From an uncultured Gemmatimonadales bacterium (GTDB lineage Bacteria; Gemmatimonadota; Gemmatimonadetes; Gemmatimonadales; Gemmatimonadaceae): a DNA stretch of 64,000 nt. Numbering within the stretch: the stretch's first letter is position 1; each line of letters begins with the position of its first letter. The translations under genes were made by a program, and so were the position numbers. The stretch covers positions 736,001 through 800,000 of the forward strand of contig CAVPQB010000004.1 in NCBI GenBank assembly GCA_963707505.1, read 5' to 3'. The notes under the pieces are model-generated. The model worked only from the letters and a program-made list of their open reading frames with translations, ran no database searches and was not told the DNA's origin. Below, in pieces: positions 30,585 to 40,650 of this stretch.

Positions 30585-30924
30585 TGTCTTTAAGGGTCGG
30601 CCAGCCGTATCGGGACTGTAGCCGGCAATTGCTATTTTCATGGCACCATGCTGGAATTTCCGCACAACGTGCTGTTGGAGAGCCCAAGTAACGCCCCACA
30701 GGCGCGGCGTGGACAGGTCGGAACTCCGGCACCGCTGTGGGAGGCGAGCGGCGGATAGCCGCCGCGTTATCTTTTAGGTGCTCGCGTCGCCAGCGCAGTG
30801 CATGGTTCCGGGATCGATGGCTCGTTTGGGTCTCACATCCAACAGTCATGGTCGGGCGCCAGGCGCACGATATTTGCGACCGCCCCTCAACGCCTTTGCC
30901 CGGCCTTGCCGTAACTCAGCCTCG

Positions 30925-31353
30925 GTGAATACAGACGAAGGAAGCGCGTTAGTCCTTGTTGTCGAGCGCGATCCATACGTGCGCGAGCTCGAATCGTTCT
31001 TTTTGAACGAAGCTGGCTATTCGGTCGACTTTGCGGAAGACGGCATCGCCGCGCTTGCGCTCGCACGCGAACTACGTCCGGCCATCATCGTGACGGAGAT
31101 CATGGTTCCAAAGCTCGATGGCCTGGCATTGTGCCGCGCCATCAGGCAGGATCCCGAACTCGCGGACACCGTAGTGCTGATATTCAGCATTCTCGCCGCG
31201 CATGGGCGAGCACGCGATGCCGGTGCTGACGCCTTTCTGATCAAGCCGCTGGTCGAGCAGCGGCTGGTACAAACTGTTCGTGAGCTGTTGGAGAGGAGAT
31301 CGGCGATGACTCCGCGTACAGTGTCAGGAACGCATTCGGATCAGCGCCCATGA
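30925..31353 (+). CDS. Single-domain response regulator with an atypical (pseudo-)receiver
   Basis: VLVVERD, IIVTEIMVPKLDG (Glu at the phospho-Asp position) and GADAFLIKP. Confidence 0.82.
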   Translation: MNTDEGSALVLVVERDPYVRELESFFLNEAGYSVDFAEDGIAALALARELRPAIIVTEIMVPKLDGLALCRAIRQDPELADTVVLIFSILAAHGRARDAGADAFLIKPLVEQRLVQTVRELLERRSAMTPRTVSGTHSDQRP

Positions 31354-31381
31354 ACAACACATTTGCGAATGAGTCAGTGTC

Positions 31382-32764
31382 ATGAACGACTCCGTCGAGT
31401 TTCCGCGCATAAGTACGGGCAACCCACAGGCCGACTCGATTCTTGGCGGCGGATTTCCCTCGAATTCCATCAACATCATCATGGGACAACCTGGTACGGG
31501 GAAGACCGTTTTCGCCGAGCAGCTGTTGTTTCACAATGCGAATTCGGAACGGCCGCTGCTGTATCTGACAACGCTGTCGGAGCCGATGACGAAAGTCGTG
31601 AGCTACGCGCAGCGACTCGGCTTCTTCGACGTTGACCAGATCGGAACCGCGGTGCTTTATGATGACCTTGGTGCGGAGCTGGTCGCAAAGGGGCCCCGCG
31701 CGCTGGTTCCACACGTGCTGGACGCCATCAAGCAACTGTCGCCTTCGGTGATCGTAATCGATTCGTTCAAGGCGATCCACGACCTTGCGGAGTCTACACC
31801 AGAGATGAGGGGAATCATCTCGGACCTTGCTGGAGTTGTTTCAGCCTACGACATGACTGTGTTTCTCCTGGGGGAGTACACGCAGGAGAACATCGAAGAA
31901 TATCCGGAATTCGCAGTGGCGGATTCGATCGTTCAGCTCGAGCGGGACGCGCTTGGCGCACGCGACGAGCGGTATTTCCGGGTGTTGAAGTTGCGGGGCA
32001 GCGATTATCGGGAGGGCCGGCACGCGTTTCGCATCACGGACACAGGGCTCAAGATATTTCCCCGCCTCGTAACGCCGACGTTCGAAACCTATACGCCACT
32101 GCTGGAGCGGACGGGTACCGGGGTTGAAGGCCTGGACGAGATCATGGGCGGCGGCGTGTGGCGGGGCAGCACAACGCTTCTCATCGGACCGACAGGCGCG
32201 GGCAAGTCGACCGTCGGCCTCCAGTTCGCACTGGAGGCGCATCGTCGCGGCGAGTCGGTGCTCTTTGTGAACTTTCAGGAGAATCCCGCGCAGGTGCAGC
32301 GCATGATCCGGGCGCTTGGTGTGGATCCAGTACGTGCTTACGGAACGGGTTTTCATCACCTCTACACGTCACCTGTAGAGTTGCAGATAGACAGTGTCAT
32401 CGTCGCGATCTTCGATTTCATCGAGACGGAAAAGGTGCAGCGTGTCGTGATCGATGCGGTCGGTGATCTCTCGACGGCGGCGAGTGATCCACAGCGCCTG
32501 CATGATTTCCTGTATTCACTCGTTCAGCATTTTGTGGTCAGGAACGTGACCACACTACTCAACCTCGAGTCGGCACGGGGCGTCTCGGGCGGAAGGGAAG
32601 ACCAGCAGCGCTGGAGTTACATGTCGGACAACGTGTTGCTGATGGAACGTGCAGACGGCGGCGCTGCGGAGCGGACCATACGAGTAGTCAAGACGCGCAA
32701 CAGCGATCATGACCAGCTGCCACACCCTGTGGAGATTCGACCCGATGGCGTTCACGTTCTCTGA
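31382..32764 (+). CDS. KaiC-like/RAD55 family duplicated RecA-fold ATPase
   Basis: Two P-loops (GQPGTGKT, GPTGAGKS), Walker B IVIDS and VVIDA, KLRG and KTRN fingers, and TG...D.I.GGG at the start of each domain. Confidence 0.9.
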   Translation: MNDSVEFPRISTGNPQADSILGGGFPSNSINIIMGQPGTGKTVFAEQLLFHNANSERPLLYLTTLSEPMTKVVSYAQRLGFFDVDQIGTAVLYDDLGAELVAKGPRALVPHVLDAIKQLSPSVIVIDSFKAIHDLAESTPEMRGIISDLAGVVSAYDMTVFLLGEYTQENIEEYPEFAVADSIVQLERDALGARDERYFRVLKLRGSDYREGRHAFRITDTGLKIFPRLVTPTFETYTPLLERTGTGVEGLDEIMGGGVWRGSTTLLIGPTGAGKSTVGLQFALEAHRRGESVLFVNFQENPAQVQRMIRALGVDPVRAYGTGFHHLYTSPVELQIDSVIVAIFDFIETEKVQRVVIDAVGDLSTAASDPQRLHDFLYSLVQHFVVRNVTTLLNLESARGVSGGREDQQRWSYMSDNVLLMERADGGAAERTIRVVKTRNSDHDQLPHPVEIRPDGVHVL

Positions 32765-32821
32765 GTTCTTGAGCGAGCGTACATATCATCTGGAGCGCGC
32801 AGGACCGCGGTCCTCGATGCA

Positions 32822-34123
32822 ATGATGGACGACGTTGAGCGTCCTGGTCGCGTCGAGGACCTGCACGAGCTGACTCGACTCAGCCGGGAGTTCACGTACG
32901 CCAAGTCGCTGGATGACATTCTCCATCTGGCGGTTGCGCAGGCGGCGCAGCTTTTGAGATCCGAGAAGGCCGTGCTGATGCTGACGGATGAGGACGGACT
33001 TCTCCGTGTACGTGCGGCTGTAGGCGTGGATGACCAAGTCGTTGAGCGTTTCGGGCACCCCGCAAATGAAGCGCTGGTGAGTCGCCTGAGTGGACTGCTG
33101 GGCGCCAATCTCGCTGGCGGCTTCGTCGGCGTCCCGCTGGTTTCGCAGGGAAAAGTCGTAGGACTTCTGGCGACGGTGCGGCCGGATGGACTTGCGCCCT
33201 CGGACGAGGACGAGTGGTTGCTCGCTGCGCTGGCCGACCAGGTTTCCGCCCCGCTCGAGAACGCCCGACTCGCGAAGCAACTCGCGAGCTCTGCGTTGCT
33301 CACAGACAACGTACGGCTTTATGAAGCCGAACGCGCGGCGCGTCTCACTGCAGAGGCGGCACTTCGCCAGGCCGAGGCGGCGCGCGACGCGGCATTGCAC
33401 GCGGATATGAGCAAGACGTCGTTTCTTGCAGCGATGAGCCATGAGCTGCGCACACCATTGAATGCGATCGGCGGCTACGTCGAGCTACTCGAAATGGGAC
33501 TGCGCGGCCCAATCACCGCGGAACAGGCAGACGACCTCACGCGCATCAAGGCGAGCCAGCGGCACCTGCTTCGCCTCATCACTGAGGTCCTGGATTACGC
33601 GCGACTCGGCTCCGGTCACACCGAACTGCGATTCGATGATGTCGATCTCAGCGAGATCCTGCGCGAAGCCGAAGTGATGACCATGCCGCAGATCCAGGCG
33701 CGCGAGCTGGAATATGCGTATGACGCGCCCGACTGTAACGTCATCGTCCGCGCCGATCCCCACCGGCTGCAGCAGATCGTGTTGAATCTCCTCAGCAATG
33801 CCATCAAGTTCACCGAACCTGGCGGCACGATACGCATGACGTGCGGGATCGGGAGCGATGATGCGTCCGGGAGCGGCAGGAGCGTGCGCGTTTCAGTGAA
33901 GGATACGGGAAGGGGGATACCGTCGGATCAGATCGATGGCATCTGGCAGCCATTCGTTCAGGTCGGGCGAAAGCTGAATCAGCCGGGTGAGGGAGTCGGA
34001 CTGGGGCTGGCCATCAGCCGGGATCTCGCACGGCGACTTGGCGGTGAGCTGAGCGTAACCAGCGAGCCTGGCCGCGGATCTGAGTTCACGCTCACGCTGC
34101 CGGTGTTACGCTTCGGTCGGTAG
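32822..34123 (+). CDS. GAF-domain sensor histidine kinase
   Basis: N-terminal GAF, FLAAMSHELRTPLN, NLLSNAIKFT, DTGRGI and GVGLGLAI. Confidence 0.92.
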   Translation: MMDDVERPGRVEDLHELTRLSREFTYAKSLDDILHLAVAQAAQLLRSEKAVLMLTDEDGLLRVRAAVGVDDQVVERFGHPANEALVSRLSGLLGANLAGGFVGVPLVSQGKVVGLLATVRPDGLAPSDEDEWLLAALADQVSAPLENARLAKQLASSALLTDNVRLYEAERAARLTAEAALRQAEAARDAALHADMSKTSFLAAMSHELRTPLNAIGGYVELLEMGLRGPITAEQADDLTRIKASQRHLLRLITEVLDYARLGSGHTELRFDDVDLSEILREAEVMTMPQIQARELEYAYDAPDCNVIVRADPHRLQQIVLNLLSNAIKFTEPGGTIRMTCGIGSDDASGSGRSVRVSVKDTGRGIPSDQIDGIWQPFVQVGRKLNQPGEGVGLGLAISRDLARRLGGELSVTSEPGRGSEFTLTLPVLRFGR

Positions 34124-36493
34124 CCCAGTCGGCAGCATCGTGCTCACCGTGCTCGTCGTCAGGACCGTGTGCACAGCTTCGATCGGAGGCTGAAAGATCG
34201 AAAACTGATCCGCATCCGCAAACACGGTTGTGAAATCCAGGGGTGTGAATGCACGGGCGAGTCTCTGGGCATACGTCGTGTGCAGCAGCCTCACGTAATA
34301 GTCGATCGAATAGTCACGTGGATCTTCTTCAGCACTGTCTTCCTCGTGCGAAGAGAGCAGGCCGTACTCGCCGTTCTGCCTGCGATACACACGAATCCGG
34401 TCGCCGACGCTCCACGTCGTGCGACCGGCACCAATCAACGCCTCGTACGGGATCTCGCGGCGCCTCGTTCTGTTGGCGAGATAATCCTGCGGTGACTTGG
34501 AGAGACGGAGTCGTGCGGAAACCTCGTGCGTCGATAGCGTCCGCGTCTGAAGCGCGGTGATCGTGGACAGGTAAGCTTTCCTGACTCCCACCACATCGTT
34601 GGCGAGGAGTCGCGCGATTGCGTTCCGAAGAAAAGCTTCGCCGAATGGCTCCGAGCGACTCGATCTGAACGCGACCCCGCGAAGCAGCAGAGTCCCGTCG
34701 TATCCGAGCAGCGCATAGTTCTTGGGCTCGTGCGATAGCATCGCCGCGTATCGACCCTCGAACTCGAGCTGGACGAGCGGGGGCAGCAGCGTGGCGACCT
34801 CAGCGACGACGCGGCGCTCGTCCGCCTCGTCCCATGTTGCAGGCACCGCGAAGTACACGCCATCGGTATCAGCCTCGAGTAGCGTCACGCCGCGTACCGC
34901 GAGCTCCCGGCACAGTAGTGCAAGCACGTCACGCCCGCGGCGCGTGACCTCGTTGGCTGCGTGGATGTCGGCGAATCGCGTGAGGCCTCCGGCGGCGAGA
35001 TAGCCGTATGCGGAATTCACGACGATCTTGAGTGCGGCGGACATCGCCTCGTTGCTGTGCCGCTCAGTCGATTGCGGAGCCGCGATCCGGGCGCGAGCCT
35101 TGGCTTCGAGCCTGCGTTCGACGAGACCGTCGACGAGAGCAAGCAGCACGCCGAGCCGGTCGCGCGATGGACCGATGCGATATGCACGCATGAGCGAAGG
35201 ATACAGGCTCGCGACGTCGGTCTTCACGACGCGGTGCGCGACGCCGGCCGCGAAGAGATGCAGAGCCGCGCCGCTATGCGAAGTCCCGTCGCCCGGCTGA
35301 TGTGCGGGGAGCGCCGCGCCCGCGCGAATGTACGCGCGCACTATCAACGGATCGATGACACCGGTTGCCGCTCCGGCATCTGCGAGCCGTTCGTAACGAC
35401 GCGGAACCATCTGAGCCAGCGCATACGCCGCACCGCCGAGCAGGCGTGATAGCTGCGCGACTTCCTCGACGTCGTCCGTCGCGTAGCGTCGAACGCGGTC
35501 GGGGTCGGTACGAAATGTCGTGTAGATCTGATCGCCTCGGATGTACTCGCGATCAGGTGCGGCGATCCCGAGATGTTTCGCGACAGCCTTCAATCCATGG
35601 CTCGGCAGTTCGCGGGTCGAGAAGTCGTAGCGTCGTACCGCATCGAGCGTGTCGATCAACTCGCGGCCAGGGGCGACGAACCTTACGCGTCTTCGATCGC
35701 CAGGGTCGCTCGATCGGACGCCGCGCCGCGCAGCGCGTTGGCGCAACCCCGCGCTCGCGACTCGGCCAAGAGAAAGCGAAACGCCAAGCATGCGCGAGCG
35801 CTGGTCGAGGAAGGGAAGATCGAAGCCGTGAAGGTTGTGATTTTCGATCACGTCCGGATCGGCTGTACGAACGCGTTCGACGAGACGGCGGATCAGATCG
35901 GCTTCCGCTGCGTTGTCGTCGCCCGCTGCCTCGAGCACTTCCGTATCGCCGGTGTGGTAACGGATCGAGACCATGAAGATGCGATCGCGTCGTGCGTCGA
36001 GTCCCGTGGTCTCGAGGTCGAATTGCATGCGATGCAGGCGATCGAACGGAAGGTCGCGAAAGTAATTGCGGCCCGTCGCGACGAGATATTGCTCTTCCGG
36101 TGGCAGAGACAGCACACTCTGCTGTCCCAGCTCGCTTACATGATCGATGCGCCGGCCAATTCTTTCCGATGCGCCACGCAGGACAGCCGACGCGAGTGCG
36201 CGACCATCGTTCGCGCTTACGAGATGACGGAGTGCGCCGGGCCCATCCAGCTCGCGGTGGCGGAACGCAGCATTCGGGGCGTCACCATGATCGAGCCTGT
36301 CGCCAAGATGATTTAGATCCTCGATGTGCGCAAGCAGCATCCACGGGCGAAAGCGCTCCTGCTCGCGTACCAGTGTGTCGTTTTCCGCAACACGGCGCCA
36401 CACCGTCGCGTGTCCATCCTGATCCGCGTGGATGGATACGATTCCCGGTGTGGCGTCCCAGCCCCACAGCCACTCTGCCGTTGCCGCGTTCAT
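34106..36493 (-). CDS. polB: Family B DNA polymerase with 3'-5' exonuclease
   Basis: ExoI FDLETTG, ExoII NHNLHGFDLPF and ExoIII YATDD. Polymerase motifs A DVASLYPS, B KIVVNSAYG, C DTDG, plus KNY. Confidence 0.9.
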   Translation of the reverse strand: MNAATAEWLWGWDATPGIVSIHADQDGHATVWRRVAENDTLVREQERFRPWMLLAHIEDLNHLGDRLDHGDAPNAAFRHRELDGPGALRHLVSANDGRALASAVLRGASERIGRRIDHVSELGQQSVLSLPPEEQYLVATGRNYFRDLPFDRLHRMQFDLETTGLDARRDRIFMVSIRYHTGDTEVLEAAGDDNAAEADLIRRLVERVRTADPDVIENHNLHGFDLPFLDQRSRMLGVSLSLGRVASAGLRQRAARRGVRSSDPGDRRRVRFVAPGRELIDTLDAVRRYDFSTRELPSHGLKAVAKHLGIAAPDREYIRGDQIYTTFRTDPDRVRRYATDDVEEVAQLSRLLGGAAYALAQMVPRRYERLADAGAATGVIDPLIVRAYIRAGAALPAHQPGDGTSHSGAALHLFAAGVAHRVVKTDVASLYPSLMRAYRIGPSRDRLGVLLALVDGLVERRLEAKARARIAAPQSTERHSNEAMSAALKIVVNSAYGYLAAGGLTRFADIHAANEVTRRGRDVLALLCRELAVRGVTLLEADTDGVYFAVPATWDEADERRVVAEVATLLPPLVQLEFEGRYAAMLSHEPKNYALLGYDGTLLLRGVAFRSSRSEPFGEAFLRNAIARLLANDVVGVRKAYLSTITALQTRTLSTHEVSARLRLSKSPQDYLANRTRRREIPYEALIGAGRTTWSVGDRIRVYRRQNGEYGLLSSHEEDSAEEDPRDYSIDYYVRLLHTTYAQRLARAFTPLDFTTVFADADQFSIFQPPIEAVHTVLTTSTVSTMLPTGLPTEA

Positions 36494-36529
36494 GCGTACG
36501 GTGTGAGAGCCGACTTCCGCCCTGACGTG

Positions 36530-37327
36530 CTAGGGGATCTGTGCGGGATCGAATATCGCGGGCGGGGCGTCGATGTTCGCCTTGATGTCGCGATAGACTT
36601 CGCGCTGGAGCAGCTTGCCGCCCTCCTCGATGGAGACGTCGCGCGAGATCCATCCGCCGCCGAGCGGTGCGTAGTCGCCGAACGTCACCGTGGCCGTTTT
36701 CGTCGTGTCGCGGATACCGCGCATGATGGAGTGGACGTAGACGAGCCGCTCCTTGTCGATCCAGAATTGCGGAGTCGTCGTATCGCCAGCCTTGGCACCG
36801 ACGATCCATACCGGCCGCCCATCCCAGCTTCCTTGCGATAGCACGTTCAGATCGTATCCCTGTTCGCGCAGCACCGCGGCGGAAGTATCGACCGGCTGGC
36901 GATAGACGTCGAAGCCGAGCACAAGGAGATCATTCCGCAACTTGCGTCCCTGCCACGGGCCACCGTTGCGCCGACTGTAGAGGGAATCCTTGCGGTAGAT
37001 GCTGACGTTCCTGTCGTCATTCGCGAGACGACGGATGCGCAGATAGCCAGGCACGGACGCCGTTTCCCACCACGTCTGACGTACGACGGAATCGTTGGGG
37101 AGATGGACCTCTGTCGATTGCGTGAAGCTGAGCGAGTGATACCAGCTCGTGGCGTACCGGTCGTGCATGCGTTGAAGCAGCTCTACCCCTGAGGATGGAG
37201 CCTTCGCTGCATTCTGGGCACCTGCTACGCGAACGCTGGCACCGGTCAGGCACAAGAACGCCAACGCCGTCACCAGGGATAGCGCGCGTAGATGGCGTTG
37301 GGCTGGACGACCGCTGGTGGGTAGCAT
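36530..37327 (-). CDS. Exported protein of unknown function (LolA/outer-membrane sorting-like fold suspected)
   Basis: Signal-like hydrophobic stretch, LLQRMHDRY, a beta-rich body and QFWIDKERL. Start uncertain (37327 or 37384). Confidence 0.6.
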   Translation of the reverse strand: MLPTSGRPAQRHLRALSLVTALAFLCLTGASVRVAGAQNAAKAPSSGVELLQRMHDRYATSWYHSLSFTQSTEVHLPNDSVVRQTWWETASVPGYLRIRRLANDDRNVSIYRKDSLYSRRNGGPWQGRKLRNDLLVLGFDVYRQPVDTSAAVLREQGYDLNVLSQGSWDGRPVWIVGAKAGDTTTPQFWIDKERLVYVHSIMRGIRDTTKTATVTFGDYAPLGGGWISRDVSIEEGGKLLQREVYRDIKANIDAPPAIFDPAQIP

Positions 37328-37454
37328 GTCTGTGATCGGTGGGGGTGATTGCCACGATGTCACCGCGGCACGACTCTCGTTCAACTTACGTATCTGGCGA
37401 CCGGCGCAGCAAGTTGCGATAGACGCGCGTTACTCGCCGATTGTCAACGCAAGA

Positions 37455-37477
37455 AGGGCCACCTTGTGGGTGGCCCT
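37455..37477 (-). terminator. Probable tRNA terminator
   Basis: AGGGCCACC / GGTGGCCCT stem about 30 nt 3' of the tRNA, followed by TCTT on the minus strand. Confidence 0.55.
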
Positions 37478-37508
37478 CGAGTCGATCGGACTGCGATTGT
37501 GTGACTAG

Positions 37509-37582
37509 CTCCCCAGGTAGGACTTGAACCTACGACCCTTCGATTAACAGTCGAATGCTCTAACCAACTGAGCTACTGGGGA
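37509..37582 (-). tRNA. tRNA-Asn (GTT), CCA not encoded
   Basis: The reverse complement TCCCCAGTAGCTCAGTTGGTTAGAGCATTCGACTGTTAATCGAAGGGTCGTAGGTTCAAGTCCTACCTGGGGAG folds as a cloverleaf with anticodon GTT. Confidence 0.96.
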
Positions 37583-37663
37583 ATGTCCCACCGGATCTGT
37601 TCCGGTGGAGACCTACCAATTTAGCGCGGCACCCGGCCAAGCTCAACTGCAGACGCGATCGAG

Positions 37664-40561
37664 TTATCCGGCCCGTAACGTCTTTGATCCGCCACGCGTT
37701 GTACCCCGCTGAGACGCGGCCGGTGCTTCGCGGATTGGATCTCCTGCCGCCAGCAGCGGTGCGAGCCATCGGCCGGTATGCGACCCCTTCACCTTCACGA
37801 TCTCCTCGGGCCGGCCCATCGCCACCAGCTGGCCACCTCCATCCCCGCCTTCCGGGCCCATGTCGATGACCCAATCCGCCAGCTTGATCACGTCGAGGTT
37901 GTGCTCGATAAGCACCATCGTGTGACCCGCGGAGACGAGACGATCCAGCACGAGCACGAGCTTGCGGATGTCGTCCAGGTGCAGACCTGTGGTCGGCTCG
38001 TCCATGATGTAGAGCTTGCGGCCGCCCTTCTTGCTCGCGACCGCAAGCTCGCGCGCGATCTTGATGCGCTGAGCCTCACCGCCGGATAGTGTCGTTGCTG
38101 GCTGTCCGAGTCGGAGATAGCCGAGTCCGACTTGTTGCAGATGCCAGAGTGCCTGACCGAGTTTTTCCTCGCGCGCAAAGAACCGTATCGCCTGATCCAC
38201 TGTAAGCTGCAGCACGTCGTCGATGTTCTTTCCGTTGACGCGCACTTCGAGCACGGGTGCCTTGAAGCGCCGGCCGCCGCATTCGTCGCATGGAACGAAC
38301 ACGTCGGCCATGAACACCATCTCGACTTCCGTGTAACCCGCTCCCTCGCACTTGCTGCAACGCCCGCCTTCGACGTTGAAGCTGAACGTGCCTGGCGTGT
38401 ACTTGCGTTGACGCGACAGCGGCGCGTCCGCAAAGATCGCTCGAATCTCGTCCATCGCCTTGATGTACGTCACCGGATTCGACCTCGGCGAGCGTCCGAT
38501 CGGACTCTGATCGATCATCACTACGTCGTCGATTGCCTCGACGCCGCTGATGCTCTCATATGCACCGACGGCCTCACCGAGATGGCGCTTCGCCGAATGC
38601 TCACCCTGCGTGTGAGTTTCGAGCGCGTGGTACAGAACGTCGTGCACGAGCGTGCTCTTTCCGGATCCTGATACGCCGGTGACTACGGTCATCGCGCCGA
38701 CCGGAATCTTCACATCGACGCCGTGAAGGTTGTGCTCGCGCGCACCGTTGAGCGCGATCCAGCGCGGCCCCACCCGTCGTCGCTCTTCCGGTAGTGGAAC
38801 AGACAGCTCACCACTCAGATATTTTCCGGTGAGTGGACTCTCCGCGATTCGCGACATGGGTCCGGCGAACATCACGGATCCTCCATGCGCACCGCTGCCA
38901 GGGCCCAGCTCCACCATGTAGTCTGCGACTTCCATCGCTGCGGGATCGTGCTCGACGACGATCACAGTGTTACCTGCGTCGCGCAGCCTGCGTAGCAATG
39001 ACAGCAGCCTGTTCATGTCGCGCGGATGCAATCCGACCGACGGCTCATCCAGCACGTACAGTGTATCGACGAGACGCGAGCCGAGCGAATTGGCGAGTCC
39101 GATGCGCTGCGCCTCACCGCCCGAAAGTGTACGCGTCGAGCGGTTCAGCGTGAGATAGTCCAGTCCCACGTCTCGCAGAAAACGCACGCGGTCGCGCGAC
39201 TCGCGGAGAATCATCTCAGCGATCGCAAGCTCGTAATCGCTGAGCTCCAGCGTCTCGAGCCACTCGCTCAACCTGTCTATCGGAAGCTCGGCGACCTGCG
39301 CGATGTTTCGGCCGCCGATCAGCACGTTCAGAGACTCCGGCTGAAGCTTGGCACCATGGCATGCAGGGCATTCCTGTGCGGTCTGGTACTGCCTGAGAAA
39401 GACGCGTATGTACTGCTTGTACCGCTTCTCTTCCAGCGCGCGAAGGAACGGGAATATGCCGACGTATCCGCGACGCGCTTCGGTGTTCAGAAGCATTTCA
39501 CGTTGCGGCGACGACAGCTCGGCCCACGGTACATCCATCGGTATGCGATTCTTCTTCGCGAATTCCGCAAGCGTCCTGCGCTTGTTGTCGTAGCGCGGCT
39601 TGGTCCACGGCTCGATCGCACCATCACGAAGCGATCGCTCGGGATATGGAATCACGAGCGATTCGTCGTACTCGAGTATCGCGCCGAATCCATTGCAACG
39701 CGGACATGCGCCGCGCGGATTGTTGAACGAGAACAACTGCGGAGTCGGAGCCGGAAGACGCGTTCCGTCGTTGGCACACTCGAAGCGATCCGTGAATCGG
39801 AGCCGCGTGACCATCTCGCCATTCAATGGGGAACGCACCGGCGTGGTGAACACGATCACTACGTCGCCGTCACCTTCGCGGAACGACGTTCCGATCGATT
39901 CCGCGAGGCGACTGCTTGCATCGGGCTTCACCGACAGTCGGTCGACGACGACGAGCAGCTCCTTTGCGCGAGTGAGGTCCTCGTCTGCGCCGATCTCATC
40001 CAGCGACTTGATGGTACCATTCACCGACACACGCAGAAATCCCTGCGCGCGCAGATTCTCGATCACGACCGGCGTGGTAACGCGCGCGGAAAGTTTGAGC
40101 GGAAATGTCACCGCAAAGCGCGTTTCCGGCGCAAGCGACAACACTGTATCCGTAACTGATGAAACCGAATCGGGTCGCATCTCCCGGCCGCACCTGGGAC
40201 AGAACGTGCGGCCGATCCGGGCCCACATCAAACGCAGGTAATCGTAGATCTCGGTTGCCGTTCCAACGGTGGACCGCGATGTCTTGGTAGGATTCTTCTG
40301 CTCGATCGCTACTGCTGGCGACAGGCCCTCGATCGAATCGACGTCCGGCTTTTCCATGCGCTCGAGGAACTGGCGCGCATACGCGGACAGCGACTCGACG
40401 TACCGGCGCTGCCCTTCGGCGTAGATGGTATCGAACGCGAGCGATGACTTCCCGGAACCTGAAGGCCCCGTGATCACCGTATAGCTTCGCCTCGGTATCT
40501 CGAGGTCGAACCCTTTCAGATTATGCTGCCGAGCCCCACGGACAACCAGATGATCCTTCAC
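37664..40561 (-). CDS. uvrA: Excinuclease ABC subunit A
   Basis: GARQHNLK, GPSGSGKSSLAFDTIYAEGQRRYVESLS, zinc fingers, two LSGGEAQR signatures and DEPTTGLH. Confidence 0.97.
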   Translation of the reverse strand: MKDHLVVRGARQHNLKGFDLEIPRRSYTVITGPSGSGKSSLAFDTIYAEGQRRYVESLSAYARQFLERMEKPDVDSIEGLSPAVAIEQKNPTKTSRSTVGTATEIYDYLRLMWARIGRTFCPRCGREMRPDSVSSVTDTVLSLAPETRFAVTFPLKLSARVTTPVVIENLRAQGFLRVSVNGTIKSLDEIGADEDLTRAKELLVVVDRLSVKPDASSRLAESIGTSFREGDGDVVIVFTTPVRSPLNGEMVTRLRFTDRFECANDGTRLPAPTPQLFSFNNPRGACPRCNGFGAILEYDESLVIPYPERSLRDGAIEPWTKPRYDNKRRTLAEFAKKNRIPMDVPWAELSSPQREMLLNTEARRGYVGIFPFLRALEEKRYKQYIRVFLRQYQTAQECPACHGAKLQPESLNVLIGGRNIAQVAELPIDRLSEWLETLELSDYELAIAEMILRESRDRVRFLRDVGLDYLTLNRSTRTLSGGEAQRIGLANSLGSRLVDTLYVLDEPSVGLHPRDMNRLLSLLRRLRDAGNTVIVVEHDPAAMEVADYMVELGPGSGAHGGSVMFAGPMSRIAESPLTGKYLSGELSVPLPEERRRVGPRWIALNGAREHNLHGVDVKIPVGAMTVVTGVSGSGKSTLVHDVLYHALETHTQGEHSAKRHLGEAVGAYESISGVEAIDDVVMIDQSPIGRSPRSNPVTYIKAMDEIRAIFADAPLSRQRKYTPGTFSFNVEGGRCSKCEGAGYTEVEMVFMADVFVPCDECGGRRFKAPVLEVRVNGKNIDDVLQLTVDQAIRFFAREEKLGQALWHLQQVGLGYLRLGQPATTLSGGEAQRIKIARELAVASKKGGRKLYIMDEPTTGLHLDDIRKLVLVLDRLVSAGHTMVLIEHNLDVIKLADWVIDMGPEGGDGGGQLVAMGRPEEIVKVKGSHTGRWLAPLLAAGDPIREAPAASQRGTTRGGSKTLRAG

Positions 40562-40604
40562 CCTTGAAAGATAGCGAGTAGGGGCGAAGAAAGGCCGTAG
40601 GAAG

Positions 40605-40636
40605 GCGTGGAAGGCTGGTCGATCCGCCTTCCACGC
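40605..40636 (-). terminator. Hairpin between the GlsB/YeaQ gene and uvrA
   Basis: GCGTGGAAGGC / GCCTTCCACGC 11-bp stem. Confidence 0.5.
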
Positions 40637-40650
40637 GCCCTCCGATCAGG

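Noticed and set aside
31382..32764. A true circadian kaiABC clock
   Set aside because: No kaiA or kaiB in the window, SY instead of ST at the phosphosite, and no C-terminal KaiA-binding tail.
34106..36493. PolB as a marker of a prophage, casposon or pipolin
   Set aside because: No cas1, integrase, terminal repeats or virion genes nearby.
19500..37582. Genomic island integrated at the 3' end of tRNA-Asn
   Set aside because: Accessory-looking genes lie downstream of the tRNA, but I found no integrase, no duplicated tRNA 3' end and no clear compositional shift.
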